Assembly: GCA_951406725.2 (NCBI GenBank)
Contig: OX597826.1
Span: forward strand, 16,120,001-16,184,000
Reading direction: 5' to 3'
Source of the DNA: Octopus vulgaris
Taxonomy: Eukaryota
Length of the DNA stretch: 64,000 nt
Position 1 is the stretch's first letter, and every line of letters begins with the position of its first letter. Shown here piece by piece: positions 40,996-56,800 of the stretch. Under the pieces are notes generated by a model. It was given only the letters and a program-made list of their open reading frames with translations, searched no databases and was not told where the DNA came from. The position numbers and the translations under genes are program-made.

Positions 40996-41185
40996 TTATT
41001 ATTATTATTATTATTAATATTATTATTTTTTTTCTTTTCTTTCTTTTTATTCATCGTCTTCTTCTTCTTCTCCTTCTTCTTCTTTTTCTTCTTCTTCTTC
41101 TCCTTCATCATCATCATCATCATCATCTTGTTTTTTTCTTTTTCATCATCATCATCCTCATCTTCTTCTTCTTCTTCGTCTTCCC
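40938..41185. repeat. (CTT)n/(ATT)n/(CAT)n compound tract
   Basis: Seen directly. Confidence 0.95.
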
Positions 41186-41254
41186 TCTCTGTCATTTAAC
41201 CGTATCTTTCCTCAATATTAATGTGATTACTTGCAATATTAGGAAAATTACATA

Positions 41255-41445
41255 ACGCAGTGAGCTACGACAATCGTTAACACGACTGGAAAATATTCAG
41301 CAGCATTTCGTCTGTCTTTATGTTCTGAGTTCATATTCTACTGATGTCGACTTTGCTTTTCATCCTTTCGTGGTCAATAAACTAAGTACCAACGACATAC
41401 TCCCTCTCCCGAAACTGCTATCTTTGTATGAAGTTTTGAAACCAA
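41255..41445 (+). mobile_element. tRNA-derived SINE, decayed (family of 17842)
   Basis: Contains gttctgagttcatattc...gtcgactttgcttttcatcctttcg. Confidence 0.7.
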
Positions 41446-41715
41446 TATTATGAGCATTACACTTGTAATTCTTTTGTCTTTGCAGAAAACATTAAAATTT
41501 TTGGAATTATATTTCTATATAAAAATCACTTCTAAATTTTGCGGCTTATGTCTAAATTAATCAATAAGCCAGCCAATAATATGTACGCAGAAATGATAGA
41601 AAAATTCTAAGCAAGTTGTGCTTACTATGGTCTGACCAAGATCGAAGTATTTAGCTATCAATTTGGCTGTTCTTTTCTTTAATTATTTCATGCAAGAAAC
41701 ATCTAATGGCGAAGT

Positions 41716-42672
41716 TGGTTTTGTCTAAATTTATTATGAATTTTCCTAATAATGCATTTTTTCGTTGTATGTCATTTATTGCTCAATATGCACTATGCTT
41801 AAATCTGATAATCCAGACATATCCACGTGGTAGAACTTTTATACCAGACAGCTTTTGATAATAAGTCATAAATGAAATAATACTTCGGGCGTATTATTAA
41901 TACAAAAAAGAAGTTAAAAAAATAACAATGAAATCCATGCATATCTAGTTTTAGGGGGTAAATTTCTATGACTAAGCTATGATTTTTCTGTTGGCAATGC
42001 ATAGAAATAGCAGAGATGAATTGATTAAATTGACTAAGATTTAATGGATTTGTATCCTACTGCAATCGTTCGCTTATGGCACATATAATTAGTAATGAAA
42101 ATTGCATTATTGACACACGTTCTCGAGGTCTTACATAGAAGTGTGAATGTAAGAACTGCGTAATAATTAAATATAGCAGCATGAGAAAACCCATTTGTAA
42201 TTATAAATACTAGCAGACCTCAGTTAGTTGTTCATGGATGATAACCGGAATACAAACTTTTGGTTTTGTCTAAATTTATCATGAATTTTCTTAATAATGC
42301 ATTTTTGCTTTGTATGTCTTTTATTGCTCAACATTTTTTAATAAAAAATTTTATGCCAAGTATCGAATTGCGATCCCATTTCATGCAAAAAGTTTATCCG
42401 CTTACGCGAAATAATTACAAGCTTTCTAATAATCAACATGCAATCACTACTCCCGAAAATACACATGCTTCACAACCACTGACAATGGAGCGCCAGAACT
42501 GAAATATGCTCTATGCATAAATCTGATAAACCAGACCTATTCACGATGTAGAACTTTAATACCAGACAGCTTTTGATAGTAAATCATAAATGAAATAATA
42601 CTTCAGGCGTATTATTAATACAAAAAAGAAGTTAAAAAATAATAATGAAATCCATGCATATGTAGTTTTAGG
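41716..42672 (-). pseudogene. Locally duplicated decayed 7TM (LGR-like TM1-TM3) remnant
   Basis: 41716-41955 matches 42260-42672 except for ~170 bp missing from the first copy. The minus strand reads YAWISLLFFNFFFVLIIR, FYIVNRSGLSDLC, QWL*S and ACVFSGVVIAC*LLES. Confidence 0.4.
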
Positions 42673-43422
42673 ATGAGGCAATACGCAATGCTCTGATGTA
42701 GGAGAATGTTCTACCTCATAAATACCAATATATAAAAACTTTAAAAGGTGATCCGTGTTCGCAATATTTTATTAGTCGTACAAAGCATATGAGAATCTTT
42801 ATGCCTCCTATGACTCTGGAAAATATTCACCTGTAAAATAAACACCAAACACCTTCATTTGTTGTCATACTTTGAATAATTTGTAAGATCTGAGACAAAT
42901 AACGTAAAAGAGCATCGACGTATATAACTTTTAATAATGCTGTCTATTTTATAAACTAGGAATATTAGAAGCCGTAGTCATAAATCGAAATCACTAATAA
43001 CATTTTAGAACTCTTTTTATACAAGTCCCAATCTATAATCATCAGTGTGTTCCAAGCAGACAAATTATTGCATTAGTAACAGAGAAAAAAAAACATTAAT
43101 TACTTTTGCTATCTAAACGTCAAGGACATCTCGCAATGTATCACTCTTTGAAGATGAAAATGAATGAGAGATGTCAGAAGGGGATGGTGGTTATCAGGAT
43201 GTTAAGAACTATGATCAAGAAGAATGCTATGGAGTTTGTTTATTTCAATTCCCGACTGTTATTAAATATAACCTTTGTTAAAATCAGGAGCCCACAAAAT
43301 GATTGAGTTGAATATTAGATTTTATTCTATACAAGTACTAAAACACACACACATATACATACCGTGTGTATGTAATTATATACACTAGCGGGGCCCGTAG
43401 ATAATTCACGGAATTAATAGTA

Positions 43423-43650
43423 CAGTATCCCTCGATTATCGCAGGTGTAACGTTCCAACCTAGCCCAGCCCACCCCGCGACAGGTGAAAATCCGCGAAGT
43501 AGAAACAGTACTGTACTGTATATTTTCTTTAATTATATTCGTAATTTGTATATATTTTTTTATAAATGCAAGGCAACACCACGAAGGATTCGACGTAATC
43601 TTAAATAATAAACCCCGGTAGGTGAACCTCGATATGGCGAGGGATCACTG
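43423..43650. mobile_element. Tigger/pogo-like MITE
   Basis: TA target duplication with TIRs cagtatccctcg and cgagggatcactg. Confidence 0.8.
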
Positions 43651-44298
43651 TACACCTACTGGGTTATTCCTGAAAATTTTATTTAAAAAAACCCTGAAAA
43701 CGTAGCCTGTGTTTTGCCTGTATCAAAAGAGAGTCGCTCATCTATTAATCATTGCAAAGTGAAGGGAATTAGACCATGTTGATTACTTAATTCACATTAT
43801 ATACACGTATGCACTTCATTTATTTTATGCGCAATTTTATAGATTTGATACACAGCACTCATAAAATGAATAGTCACTCTTATTTTTCCATTTTTCCTAT
43901 AGAGAGAAAAAGTTACATTTTAAAATTTACAAGTCACAATTTCATATCTAGAAAACAAAAAATTCATCGTAAAATAATTATTATATATGCAAAATATAGG
44001 GGTCACAATTTCACGGGGATAAAAACTTAATTCAACATGGCATTCTCTGAAAACTACATGGTGGACAACTTATAAGCTAAGGCGATGGGTCAGAGCCAAT
44101 AAACATTTCAATTCTTGTACACCATTCAATACAATACTTCTTTGCGGACTCTGTTCTTCGTGTAAGTTCTCCCTCTTTTCACTTGTTTGTCAGTGTTGAT
44201 AAATTTAACTTACACACCACATAATTTGCGAGCTTTTGAGAATGCAACATGTAGCTAACCATGGACGAATACAAGTTCAGATAAGAACAACCCCATTT

Positions 44299-45845
<1,547 letters not shown>

Positions 45846-47149
45846 AAGAACAACCCCATTTTATCAAATGTCTGCTCTTGTGATTTACTGATTGTCGTTG
45901 TATATGACAGGCGAAAGGGTAACTAATTTCTTTCTAGTGTGAAGGGAAAGTTCGGGATGCGCATGCGTTAAGTGATAGGGAATATAAGAAATTCAGTTCA
46001 ATTTATTTTAAATATTACTTTTCACTCTGCTCTCACCATCGCCACCTCCACCAAAACCATATGAAACATTCAACATTTTCCAGGGGGAAAAGACTTAATA
46101 TTTAGAGAAGCTATATTATCATCTTGAAAATGATTTAATATTAACGTTTATAAAATCTTCCTGTAATAAGCAGTAAATTGCAAATCATCAACATGGTGGT
46201 ACATTTAAACGTTTGTGTAGTAAATATTTATAGTAAAATGTGTAAAAGTAAAGTATTTTGCATATCATTATTGAGTATGTAACCTGTAGTTTACGCTATT
46301 ATCCAGTATGCAAACAGAAATTCTATACTGGCAACATACTTGTTAATAATCCAGTAGTTTACGAAACTGCTGTATGAAAATTGCGAAATTATCGTTCTTA
46401 TTTCTCGCTTTCTTTGTGGGTGTAAGAATTTAAAATGTTCCATTTGAAACTAAAAGTCGGAGTGGGAGTACAGATTATTAGATGATTTATATACGCAACG
46501 TTCAGTTTGATAACTACGTGTGAATTGAAAGTGAGTTATAATTTTAGAAAAGAATGTTTGTTTTTTTAGGTAAAATGCTATAAAAATTCTAGCATAATGT
46601 ACCACAACAGAGATGGATAGCTTAATGAATCGAAGAGAAGAACAAACCTATGAATCTTAGTTACGAATTAAGGATGATAAGGGGATGTGATTACAACTAT
46701 TGCAGCACTTTTATTTTACGTACTTGCTTACCATATCGTAGAAATACAAAAGATATTCAACATTTAAATCATTAGAGTTAAAGAACAAGTACAAATAAGC
46801 GGCAGTTGAAACGTATTATTCCAGTTTTGTATGTTGTGAAGTAATTATGATTCAAATGTTTGGAAGAAAAAATAATGAAATATTTATGAGAGCACAGAAA
46901 ATATGATTAAAGTTTAGTCAGGCGGTACAAAAGAGAGGGAGAGAGAAGAATGGCAAAAAAGTCATTAGTATGAGTCACTGACCGAACGGACTGCGAGAAC
47001 TGTGGTTAAAGGTGTGGAATGACGTCAATGGCAGCGAACAAATGACATTGTAAACAGCGCGTGGGACGGATGTTGGCTAAAATATGATACTCATATAAAC
47101 AGAATTAACGTACAATTCACACACCTCCTTATTCTAGAAACTAAAAATA

Positions 47150-47485
47150 CAAGATGTTGTAGGACTTTAGCGTTCAGACTGACAGTGTAATAGAAGCTAG
47201 AGGTCAGGATCTAGTAGGAGTAGATAAAAAGAATAGAGAGTGCCAAATGATGAAAAAAAAACCATGAGAGGTATCGAAAATATAGCAAAGTTCTAGGACT
47301 TGCTATTGAATTACCGAGATTGTGATGTAAAATATATACCATTAGATATAGGTGCGTTGGGAAGTATAATTAAACATCTGAACAGACGGATAAAGGAAAT
47401 ATGTATAACACCCAATGTAGTACAGCTCCAGAAAACAGTGTTATTAGGGACAGCTAGGATACTTAGGAGGATTCTTGGCATCTGA
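47150..47485 (+). mobile_element. R4/Dong-type non-LTR 3' end (restriction-like endonuclease)
   Basis: L*DFSVQTDSVIEARGQDLVGVDKKNREC...IPLDIGALG...LQKTVLLGTARILRRIL*. Confidence 0.8.
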
Positions 47486-48697
47486 GGTTACTTGTTGTAG
47501 CCCGATGTTAGGAGTTTTTTTTTTCTTTTCCATCAGTCTAATCTGTTGTATACATATGAAAATTATAATAATAATGGTTTCAAATATTCGCACATCAATT
47601 TCGAGGAAGTGTGCAAGTCGTCGCATTTATTCCAGTGCTGGAATGGAATTTGCTCCTCTCGACACCGAATCGATGAAAGGCAAAATCATCCACCACCATC
47701 ATTAGAATTTTCAGTTGCAAAGTTGTGTGTAAGTTGTTTGCCAGCGAATATTAATTTAATTTTATTTCAGTTCCGTTCAAGTATATATCCACTTCTCGTG
47801 CTGTCGATGTACCTATTTACTAAGACAAAACAAAGTGTGTATAACAAATAAAAAAAACAAATGCTAATACCCACGGCCGTTTTAAGCTATTACTTGTGTA
47901 GAATAAATCTATCTTTTTACCTACAAGTTTATTATTATATCAGACATAAATCTTCTTTCCAGTTTTGACTCATTGATATATGTGTTTTTCAATCTGGATA
48001 GATAAATAAATTACTCGACATGTAGGAGATATAACAAACTAAATATTAGAATGTTTTTCTTATCAATCACAATATATACTGTGCTAAAAATCTATATTTC
48101 TCTCTCTCTCTCTTTCTCTAAAACTGAAACAAACTTTTTAACCATGTATTTTCCCTCTCCACGTCATTAACATGTCTCTCTTTCTCTTTTACATTATCTC
48201 TTACGTACACTAACCACGTGGGAGCATAATGCATCGGCTAGCATAGCGTCACTACTCTCCCTTTAAATACTTCTGACGCTTAATATTACTGCCACCCCCC
48301 ACTCTCACTCTATCTGCATTTCTTTAATCTCACCGTCAGAAAATCACCCCCTGGTAATTATCGTACTTCTAACTTTCCTTTTCTATATCTCGGTCTTCAA
48401 CTAAAAACGTGATAACAAGACGCATCTAGCATTCGGTATTAATATTTTTTTATTCTGTTATTCTTTGAATTATTTCAGTCATTTCCCTGTGGCCATACCG
48501 GAACACCGACTTTTTAAGATCATAGTCGAACAAATCGACTCCAGGACTTATTTTCCAAGACTTGTCCTTATTCTATCAGTCTGTTTTGCTGAACCGCTAG
48601 ATTACGGGGACGTAAACGTACGATAAAGTGGGAAACAAAGTTCTTTTTATATTTCACGTCAGGTGATTACGCTTGCCGGGTAAGCGAATGAAAATAC

Positions 48698-49210
48698 AAG
48701 AGTTAAGATATGGAGTAAATAATATTCGGGTTACATAAGTTTCATAACGAGCGGAACCTCAGAAGTGGTTAATATCCCAGCAAGGTGTATACCGCAGTCT
48801 ACTCTTCAGGCCAAGGATATGTTTACTAATTGAAAGTTTACATTGTCGCAAGGTATATGTTAAGACATGGAAGATTCATTGAGAAGGTGTAGAGAACACA
48901 GTAGGATTGCAGAATATAAATGTAGAGAGAGTTAAAAGAAGGAAAACATAAAAGACCACAAGGGAGTGAGAAGAATGAGGGATTTAAGCAAAGTCATTTG
49001 ACTGGTAGTATTCAATACATTCTCAGTGAATCTTCTATGTGTCAACATGTGTCACCTTGCGACTATGTAAACTTTCATGTAATCAAGATATCTTTCGCCT
49101 GAATTGTAGCCTGGGTATACACCTGGCTTCGATATTTACCACTTCCGATGTTCCGCACACTATGAAACATATGTAGACCGGGTTTTATCTACTCCAGCCT
49201 TAACTCTTCT
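48698..49210. repeat. Old imperfect inverted repeat (~200 bp arms, ~110 bp spacer) with decayed hammerhead-like motifs
   Basis: aagagttaag...gaaagtttacattgtcgcaaggt...gaagattcattgagaa pairs with ttctcagtgaatcttc...accttgcgactatgtaaactttc...cttaactctt. Combining the arms gives CTGAAGA-gtag...ctat-GAAA-catatg-TA. Confidence 0.75.
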
Positions 49211-49730
49211 ACATTTGTATGTGTGTATGTGCATGTCTGGACGTGTACATGTGTGCGTGTTTGTGTAAGTATATATTTATATACGCGTGTGTGTGTACGT
49301 ATATGCACCCGCAATGTGTTAGTATATATGTTTTTGTATGTGTGCATGTGTGTGTTATTGTGTATGCATATATTTTAAAATAGGAATCAGCTTAGAATCC
49401 TTCACACTTGCTTGATTTTAAAAATTATTGTAAAACGAATGAATGTGGATCCGAATCTAGGAAACTCAACACAGAACGGTACATGTTCTTCTTTCAGATC
49501 TTTTGCAGTGCAGGAACATGGAACATTTGATATGCCATGGAAATATATTTTCGGTAATGATCCAGGAGCTGCATCTCTTATTCCATCATTTTACAATTCT
49601 ACTCGTGTAGAGTAGGATTATCTTCTATTTTGAATAGAATGTTTTATATATCTGTATGATCATAATTTAGATACATACGAGGAAACACACACACTCACCC
49701 CACCGCGCGAACATATGCACACACATATAT

Positions 49731-49761
<31 letters not shown>

Positions 49762-49835
49762 AAGATGTACGTATATATATATAGATGTATATATATGTAT
49801 GTATATGTATATATATACATATGTATATATAAATG

Positions 49836-49868
<33 letters not shown>

Positions 49869-49945
49869 GTATATATATACATGTATATATATGTATGTAT
49901 ATATATATATATGTATGTATATATATATATATGTATATATGTATA

Positions 49946-49977
<32 letters not shown>

Positions 49978-49986
49978 CATATATAT

Positions 49987-50142
49987 AAAAAACAATGAAA
50001 GATCACATCCATATACGATACCCGCGGACAGTCTGTTTCTGGATGTGTGGGTAAAACGCCACAAAAGTGGCGTTTTACCCACACATCCAGAAACAGACTG
50101 TCCTCGGGTATCGTATATGGATGTGATCTTTCATTGTTTTTT
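49987..50142. repeat. Near-perfect palindrome: 76 bp arms, AAAA loop
   Basis: 49987-50062 pairs with 50067-50142 with a single mismatch (cccgcgg versus cccgagg). Confidence 0.95.
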
Positions 50143-50397
50143 CCCTTATACCTATGTGAGTTATTTTCTGAGTATGCATTGTCTGGAGACTTTTATTTGC
50201 AGTTGAAGAAATAGCCAAATTTTTGGCTGCTATTTCTGAAAAGTTCGGTGTGTGGTAAAGTGAATTTTTTTACTTTACCATATTTTTATAAATTAATACT
50301 TCAAATATACCGTAAATGGTCTTTACATACCGAATACTGCTTGGTCGAATTTATTAACAATTAATTAATTCTACCCCTTTTTTTGATGACAATATAC

Positions 50398-50479
<82 letters not shown>

Positions 50480-50496
50480 GTATGTATATATATATG

Positions 50497-50543
<47 letters not shown>

Positions 50544-50544
50544 A

Positions 50545-51862
50545 TAAAACGGTAAGATAACAAAAGAAAGAAAGAGACCTCAATATTATGTAAATAGAGG
50601 AAATTTATCTATACAATATGTTACATTACTCGGTAGTCAAGATAAAACTCTGAGTTTCAGATGCCGAAGTGGAAATCCACAACACCATCTCTTCGGTTAT
50701 CTGGCTATTTGAAAACGTTATGAAAAAATACCGTTAAAAATGAAGGGAAATTACTCTGTTATAACTCTGCTTTGCCTGCGTACTTATACATCGCTCGCAT
50801 TTTTCGTCATAAAAATTATATAAAAATACATAAAAATATATAAAAATATATAAAAATATATAAAATCTTCTTGGGACATAACACAGAAAGCATGTCCTAT
50901 CCGTTTTCTTTAGGGGACCAAAAACGTAACAGAAATTTAGTCACATGTGGGCATGATCCGAAAAGCTCTGTCCTTGTATTTAGACATGTGGTAGGGTCTA
51001 AGCTGCTTTTCCAGATAAGCCATCTCTCCATGTCGCATAAACCGCACCTTCCGCTGCCGTTAGTATAGGGCTTACATCTGGCCAAAATCTTCCATTGTAT
51101 GTTATAATCGACACCTTTATCTCTTAAAGACCAAATATGATTGGATAATTGTGTCGCTTTTCTTTTGTTCCAGTGCCTAAAGCTCAAAGTGTGGTTATTG
51201 AACCTGGCCTTGAAATTACCCTCTGTCAGGCCCACGTATTTCTTCGTCGAAACGGTGTCTTTAGTGGTTATAGAGTTCACGGTAGCTTCATATATGATGG
51301 TCTTGGACATGCAAGCTCCATTTAGCGGGCACAATTCTTTATTCCTGCATGAACAGCTGTTTTCTTCTTGTGTTTTTTGTATGTTATGATTGATTATGTT
51401 TTTAAAATTGGTAGTTGAACTAAAACTAATTTTTAAATTGTGTCTATTGAAGAGTTTCCTATAAGCATGGTTAACTGGAAAATGTCTATCTATCAGTGCT
51501 AGGAAATATTTACCTATATTGAAGGCCACCTCGGGTGAGTAAGGGGGGGCGTAAACCAGATGACCTTCCTATTTCTATTATTCCTTTTCCTTATTGTTGG
51601 GCTGGTGTAGGTGTATATTTTATTTTTTCGCTAAAACCACTATCTTTTAAAGCTTTATTATAAACTGGCGCAACGCTATTGAAGATTTCCTCATTAGATG
51701 AAAGGCTAGAAATCCTCTTACTAATATTTTTAACTAAATTTTTGAATACTATAGGGGGATGGCATGAACCTACATTAATATAACTTAGTCTATCATTGGG
51801 CTTCCTATAAGGCTTATAAATATTATTATTAAGATCTAAGGAAACGTCTAAGAAATTTCCTT
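50545..51862 (-). mobile_element. 5'-truncated Nematis-type PLE: RT thumb, Cys-rich linker, GIY-YIG, terminus
   Basis: It reads NFLDVSLDL..YKPYRKPN..SCHPP, CSCRNKELCPLNGAC, IIYEATV...YVGLTE..FKARFNNH, CGLC..E and LNTRTE...CPH. It ends at (TA)n. Confidence 0.93.
50640..50702 (-). ncRNA. Type I hammerhead motif (U4C change)
   Basis: Minus strand: agataa-CCGAAGA-gatg...catc-t-GAAA-ctcagag-TT-ttatct. It has a perfect 6 bp stem I and is the paralogue of 12321-12383. Confidence 0.65.
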
Positions 51863-52213
51863 TATAAGAGCCTATAGTAGGCAATTCGACTTTAGAGTAA
51901 TATAAGTACATATTGTATATTTGTGCGTAACACACAAACGCAAAGACACACGCACAAACACAAATACAAACATACTTGTGTGATAAAGTGTTTTATATCT
52001 CGTTTTTGGATTTGGCTTGCAAGATTCTTTATGTGTTGTGTCTGGGGAGAGATATTTTCTTTTGTGCCTTTTGTTTTATATCCCTCTTAGTTAACCTTCA
52101 AGGGAAAATTATGTGTTGGAAAAGGTGGATACATACAAGTAAAAAGATACAATCATACGTACCTACAGGTATACATACGTATGCAGATATTTATGTATGC
52201 ATTTATGTATGTC

Positions 52214-52265
<52 letters not shown>

Positions 52266-53204
52266 TGTGTGTGTGTATGTGTTTGTGTGTTTGTATGAAT
52301 GTACGTATGTATTATAAATGCATCTATGTATGCATCAGCTATACCTATATATAATATATATATATATGTGTCCATAAGGTACACAAAAAGGATTTACGCA
52401 TAGACGTACGCACGCTCACACTCATACACACGTACACACACCACGCATGTATACATATGTCTATCGGAAAAAAAAGAAAAATAGAAAAATGTTATTTATG
52501 TATAACTTCTGAAAGAGGCGATGGACATACACATAAAGAAAGTTATGATCATATAAAAACAGCAGCAGAAGAAACATTAGTAGTTCCTTGTACATTTTTG
52601 CTAAAGCGTATATACTCTAACCAGCATTGTACAAACATATATTTGTGTACATGCCATAGTATAAAACTAGTTCTCTTATGATATATGAATGCTTTGACAT
52701 CATACCATATATTCACCGCATTTGTTTCCTTTTCATATATAAATGTATATTTTTATTCGTTTGGGTATATGTGTGAGCAATTAGGTGTGCATGTCTATAT
52801 AGGCGCCTATCTATGTATTTTGACAGGTTATTAATAAATACATTATATATGACCTCTATTGAACACTAATATATAGCGTTATTTACTGGTGAATTGTGTT
52901 TTTTGTTTTTCATATTATTTTCTTCACTCGGTTTTGTAAAGTATTTTGTATGTATCGAGATACTAACGTCTGAGTTGGTAAGAAGTACCTTTTTAACTGA
53001 GGTGTCTTTCAGTTGCTCACATAGCTGGATACGCTCGGGTGACCTAAAGCAAACTATGGGGATATCAACCATGCAAGGGTAATTAGGTGAGCCAAAAGAC
53101 ATGAAGACTGACGTTGCGATGTGTCTGAATCTCAGAAAACCCTTACAGTCACTTGAAATGTCCTGCCGAGTCTTTCAGCGTTTAACCTCAACTGAATTCG
53201 CGTT

Positions 53205-53820
53205 GTTGTTTGTTCCTTTTCGAGCCATGCCTGGCTCATAACGGCCGGTTTCCTGGTATCACTGGCGTATAGGTTCCCCAACTGGACGAGGAAAGAGTGA
53301 GAGAAAGTTGTGAGGAAAGAGTCAGCAGAAGTTTGCCATTACCTTCTGCTGGAGCCGCGGGGAACTCAGGTGTTTCGCTCATAAACACACACATCGCCCG
53401 GTCTGAGATTCGAACCCGCGACTCCGCTACACAATCCACTAAGTCATGTGCCACCACAAAACTTCAAGTGAGTCCTATATATTGTATCTTTTAATTGTTT
53501 CAGTTAGTTAACTGTGGCCATGCTGCAGCACCGCCTTTAATTGAACAAATCGACACCAGAACATATTCGTTTTTTTGTACTTATTCTATTGGTGTTTTTG
53601 CCGAACCATTAATTTAAAGAGACGTTAGGGGGACAAAAACAGACACACAAATATATATATATATATATATTTCCGTCTACGAAATCCCCTCAGAAGGCTT
53701 TGATCGGCTTGAGGCTATAATAGAAGACACTTGCCCAAGGTGTGATGTAGTGGGGCTAAACCTACAACCGTGTGGCTGGAAATCAAGCGTCCTACCACAC
53801 GGCCCCTTCCTTCGCCTATT
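53205..53820 (-). mobile_element. Two adjacent tRNA-derived SINEs (53205-53455 and 53494-53820)
   Basis: The first has head ggcacatgacttagtgg and B-box ggttcgaatct. The second is a decayed copy of the 23027 family. Confidence 0.75.
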
Positions 53821-54074
53821 TTGAGCAAACATATATCATTTTATTATTTCTTGGGCATCAAGCACTTTGGAAACCATAGTTTTACATTGCTAACACAATA
53901 ATAGATTAATGAACAGCACATAACAAATTCACACATTTAATGAATTAAGAGTCAATGATATAACAATTTCATTCGAGGCGTAAGTTTTAATTTGTCGTTT
54001 CTATGATTAAACGATTTCTATTACTAAGATCAGTAATACGAAAGACGAGTGTAATACAGAAGATACTAGCAATA

Positions 54075-55445
54075 AACCACACACACACACACACACACAC
54101 ACTGATACACGCACACACACACATGTATGTATGTATGTATCTGTATATGTATATGTGTATATGTTTGTATAGATATGTATGTATATATATATGTGTGTGT
54201 GTGGAGGGTGTATATGTGTGTCTATATATATGTATGTATGTATATATATATATATATACATAATGCACACATAACCCGACACACATCTTCACGTTCACAC
54301 ACACATATACACACGCACGCACGTGCACACATACACACATACACATACACATACGCACACATACATACACACACGCACATATACACACGCACATAATACA
54401 CGCACAGACACATACACTCACACACACTAGCATAGGTTCGCACATATACCTCCACCACGCACAATACACATTTCAGACACGCATACAATTATACTCACAT
54501 GGATACAAACATACACACATACACGCACAGACGCACGTAAGCACACGCACGCAAACCTACGCACGCACATACACACAGGTACGCACAGGTACAACCAACC
54601 CACGCACACACGCATACAGAAATTCACATACACACACATACATATAAACACACACACAAACATACATATACGCATATACATATAGACACATACACTCACA
54701 TTCACACACATGCGCTCACATACGCACAGGAATGCACACATTACTAACACTCACAACCCCACGCGCTCCCACGCCCACGCATATACATGCACACATACAC
54801 GCATACATAACTACCCGCACATACACACAAGCATACACGCGCAAAAAACGCACCTATACCCCCTACACAACCCCTCGTTCACACACACATGCACACACAC
54901 AAAATACACACGCACATGCTCACACATGTACACACGAACATACACTCACAAGCACACACGTGTATATACGCACGCACACACATACACACACACGCACACG
55001 CAAATGAACCCACACATTCCTTCCATACACTCACAGGACACACTCATACAAACACACACCCAATTATGCATACATGTACACAAATATACGCACATACAAG
55101 TATACATGCACACATACGCAAAGTAAAGTAAAGTTACTCCCCACACACACAACTTCTACGCATACACACATACACACACGAACACACATATATACATATA
55201 CACGCACACACTTCAAACAAAACACACACACTACATATACATACACGCACACACACACATACTTCAATCTACCAGTACCTTCGACTGACCATTCATTTAC
55301 GCACATGTATAGGTAGACGCGCAACAGGAGCCAATCCTACCAGAATTATTATAAATTCTTCGTATGACCACACAGACACATGTGCTATCATTACACACAC
55401 ACAGACCTGTGCGCACACACATATCCATATATACCCACACACACC
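54075..55445. repeat. Long degenerate (CA)n/(TA)n low-complexity tract
   Basis: Seen directly. It is the source of many His/Thr-rich and Cys/Val-rich spurious ORFs. Confidence 0.9.
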
Positions 55446-56049
55446 TCCTTCTCTTGCACTCTCCTCTCTTTGAAATAATTTTTTCTTCACCTATTCCCTT
55501 CCGGTCATTTCGATACGTGACCGCGTTTTTATCGTTGGCGATTTTCTTTCTCCGTCTACTAAATATTAAATGTTCACATTATAACAATGAATAAATAATT
55601 TGATTGCATAATTTCAGATTTAAAGAAAATTATAATGATTATAAGTTTGTCTATTTAATTCTGTTATGTATACACACACACATATACAAAGACATTCCGT
55701 CGGTTACGATGGTGTGTTCTCCAGTTGATCCAACCAATGGAAGAGCCTGATCATAAAATTGGCATGTTCGTAGCTGAACAATTCACAGACACATATGCCC
55801 TTAACCTAGATTCTGTGTGACAGAGAATGGGATGAGGCTGGCTCTTTGAATTGTAGTTAAAACACGGTTATCCTAGCTGAATGGACTGCAGCAACGAGAA
55901 ATACAGTGTCTTGTTGAAGGACAGAACAATACTGCAGGGGTTCGAAATCTAGGCTTTACGAATGGAAGCCCCACCCGTTCCTTATCTATATATTGATTGA
56001 TAAGGCCACATAGTACGTTTTATGTATCATCGTATAAGATCATTTCTGA

Positions 56050-56800
56050 AGGAAACTGCTCTTACTGTAACATTTTAATGGGTAATCCACTTTTAAGTAT
56101 TAGGACTACTAACCTGGTTTGTCGGAGACATGTTTAAATCCTGCAAAGATTCCTAAATCTCAGCCTTCAATTATGTTCGATCAACTTAACAGGTTCACAC
56201 CATTATTGACAGATATTTCACGAATTTGCATATCAGCTTGTTTCATAAAGTCATGTATATATTAACGGGCTTTATAACATTTATACCCTTTCTACATTTT
56301 TTCTAATTTTTACTTCTCTCTCTCTCATAGGAGTACAGTATATCTCCCAATAAGTAGGAGACATTATATGAGATGTAGCAAACGAGTCAAATAACTTCGC
56401 CTTTCAAATCAAAAATATTCTATTTCGCCGTTGTCCAGAACATATTTCAAACGGTAAGGGTATCCGTAATATTCATTTGACAATATTTTTTCCTATCTGT
56501 CCATATGCTCAGCAGAATGTTTTATTTGAATAGTTACTGATATCTTCAAACGCATTTTACACCAACTTCACGTGTCATATTATTTTCGTAAGATATTACT
56601 TTCAACATGGAAATATAGGTATCTATAAAATAAACTAAGGAACTGAACTGTATTGAGGAGACATTGCAGTAAACACGGCGATGGATGCTAATCTCATTAC
56701 ATCGTTTGATCCTTTGCTTATTAGTAAAAATATTGCAAGAGTTAGGATTAGTATCAATGCAAGATAACGGTGTTCATTAACAAGCTGCCGATGGGACAAA
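56050..56800 (-). pseudogene. Decayed LRR coding remnant
   Basis: It reads RVYCNVSS, NAFEDISN and MQIREISVNNGVNLLS*SNIIEG*DLGIFAGFKHV. Confidence 0.35.

Noticed and set aside
40458-41195. Poly-Ser/Gly, poly-Leu and poly-Lys ORFs
   Set aside because: They are translations of trinucleotide microsatellites.
53987-55490. Many His/Thr-rich and Cys/Val-rich ORFs
   Set aside because: They arise from degenerate (CA)n. The same applies to YIYI ORFs over (TA)n elsewhere.
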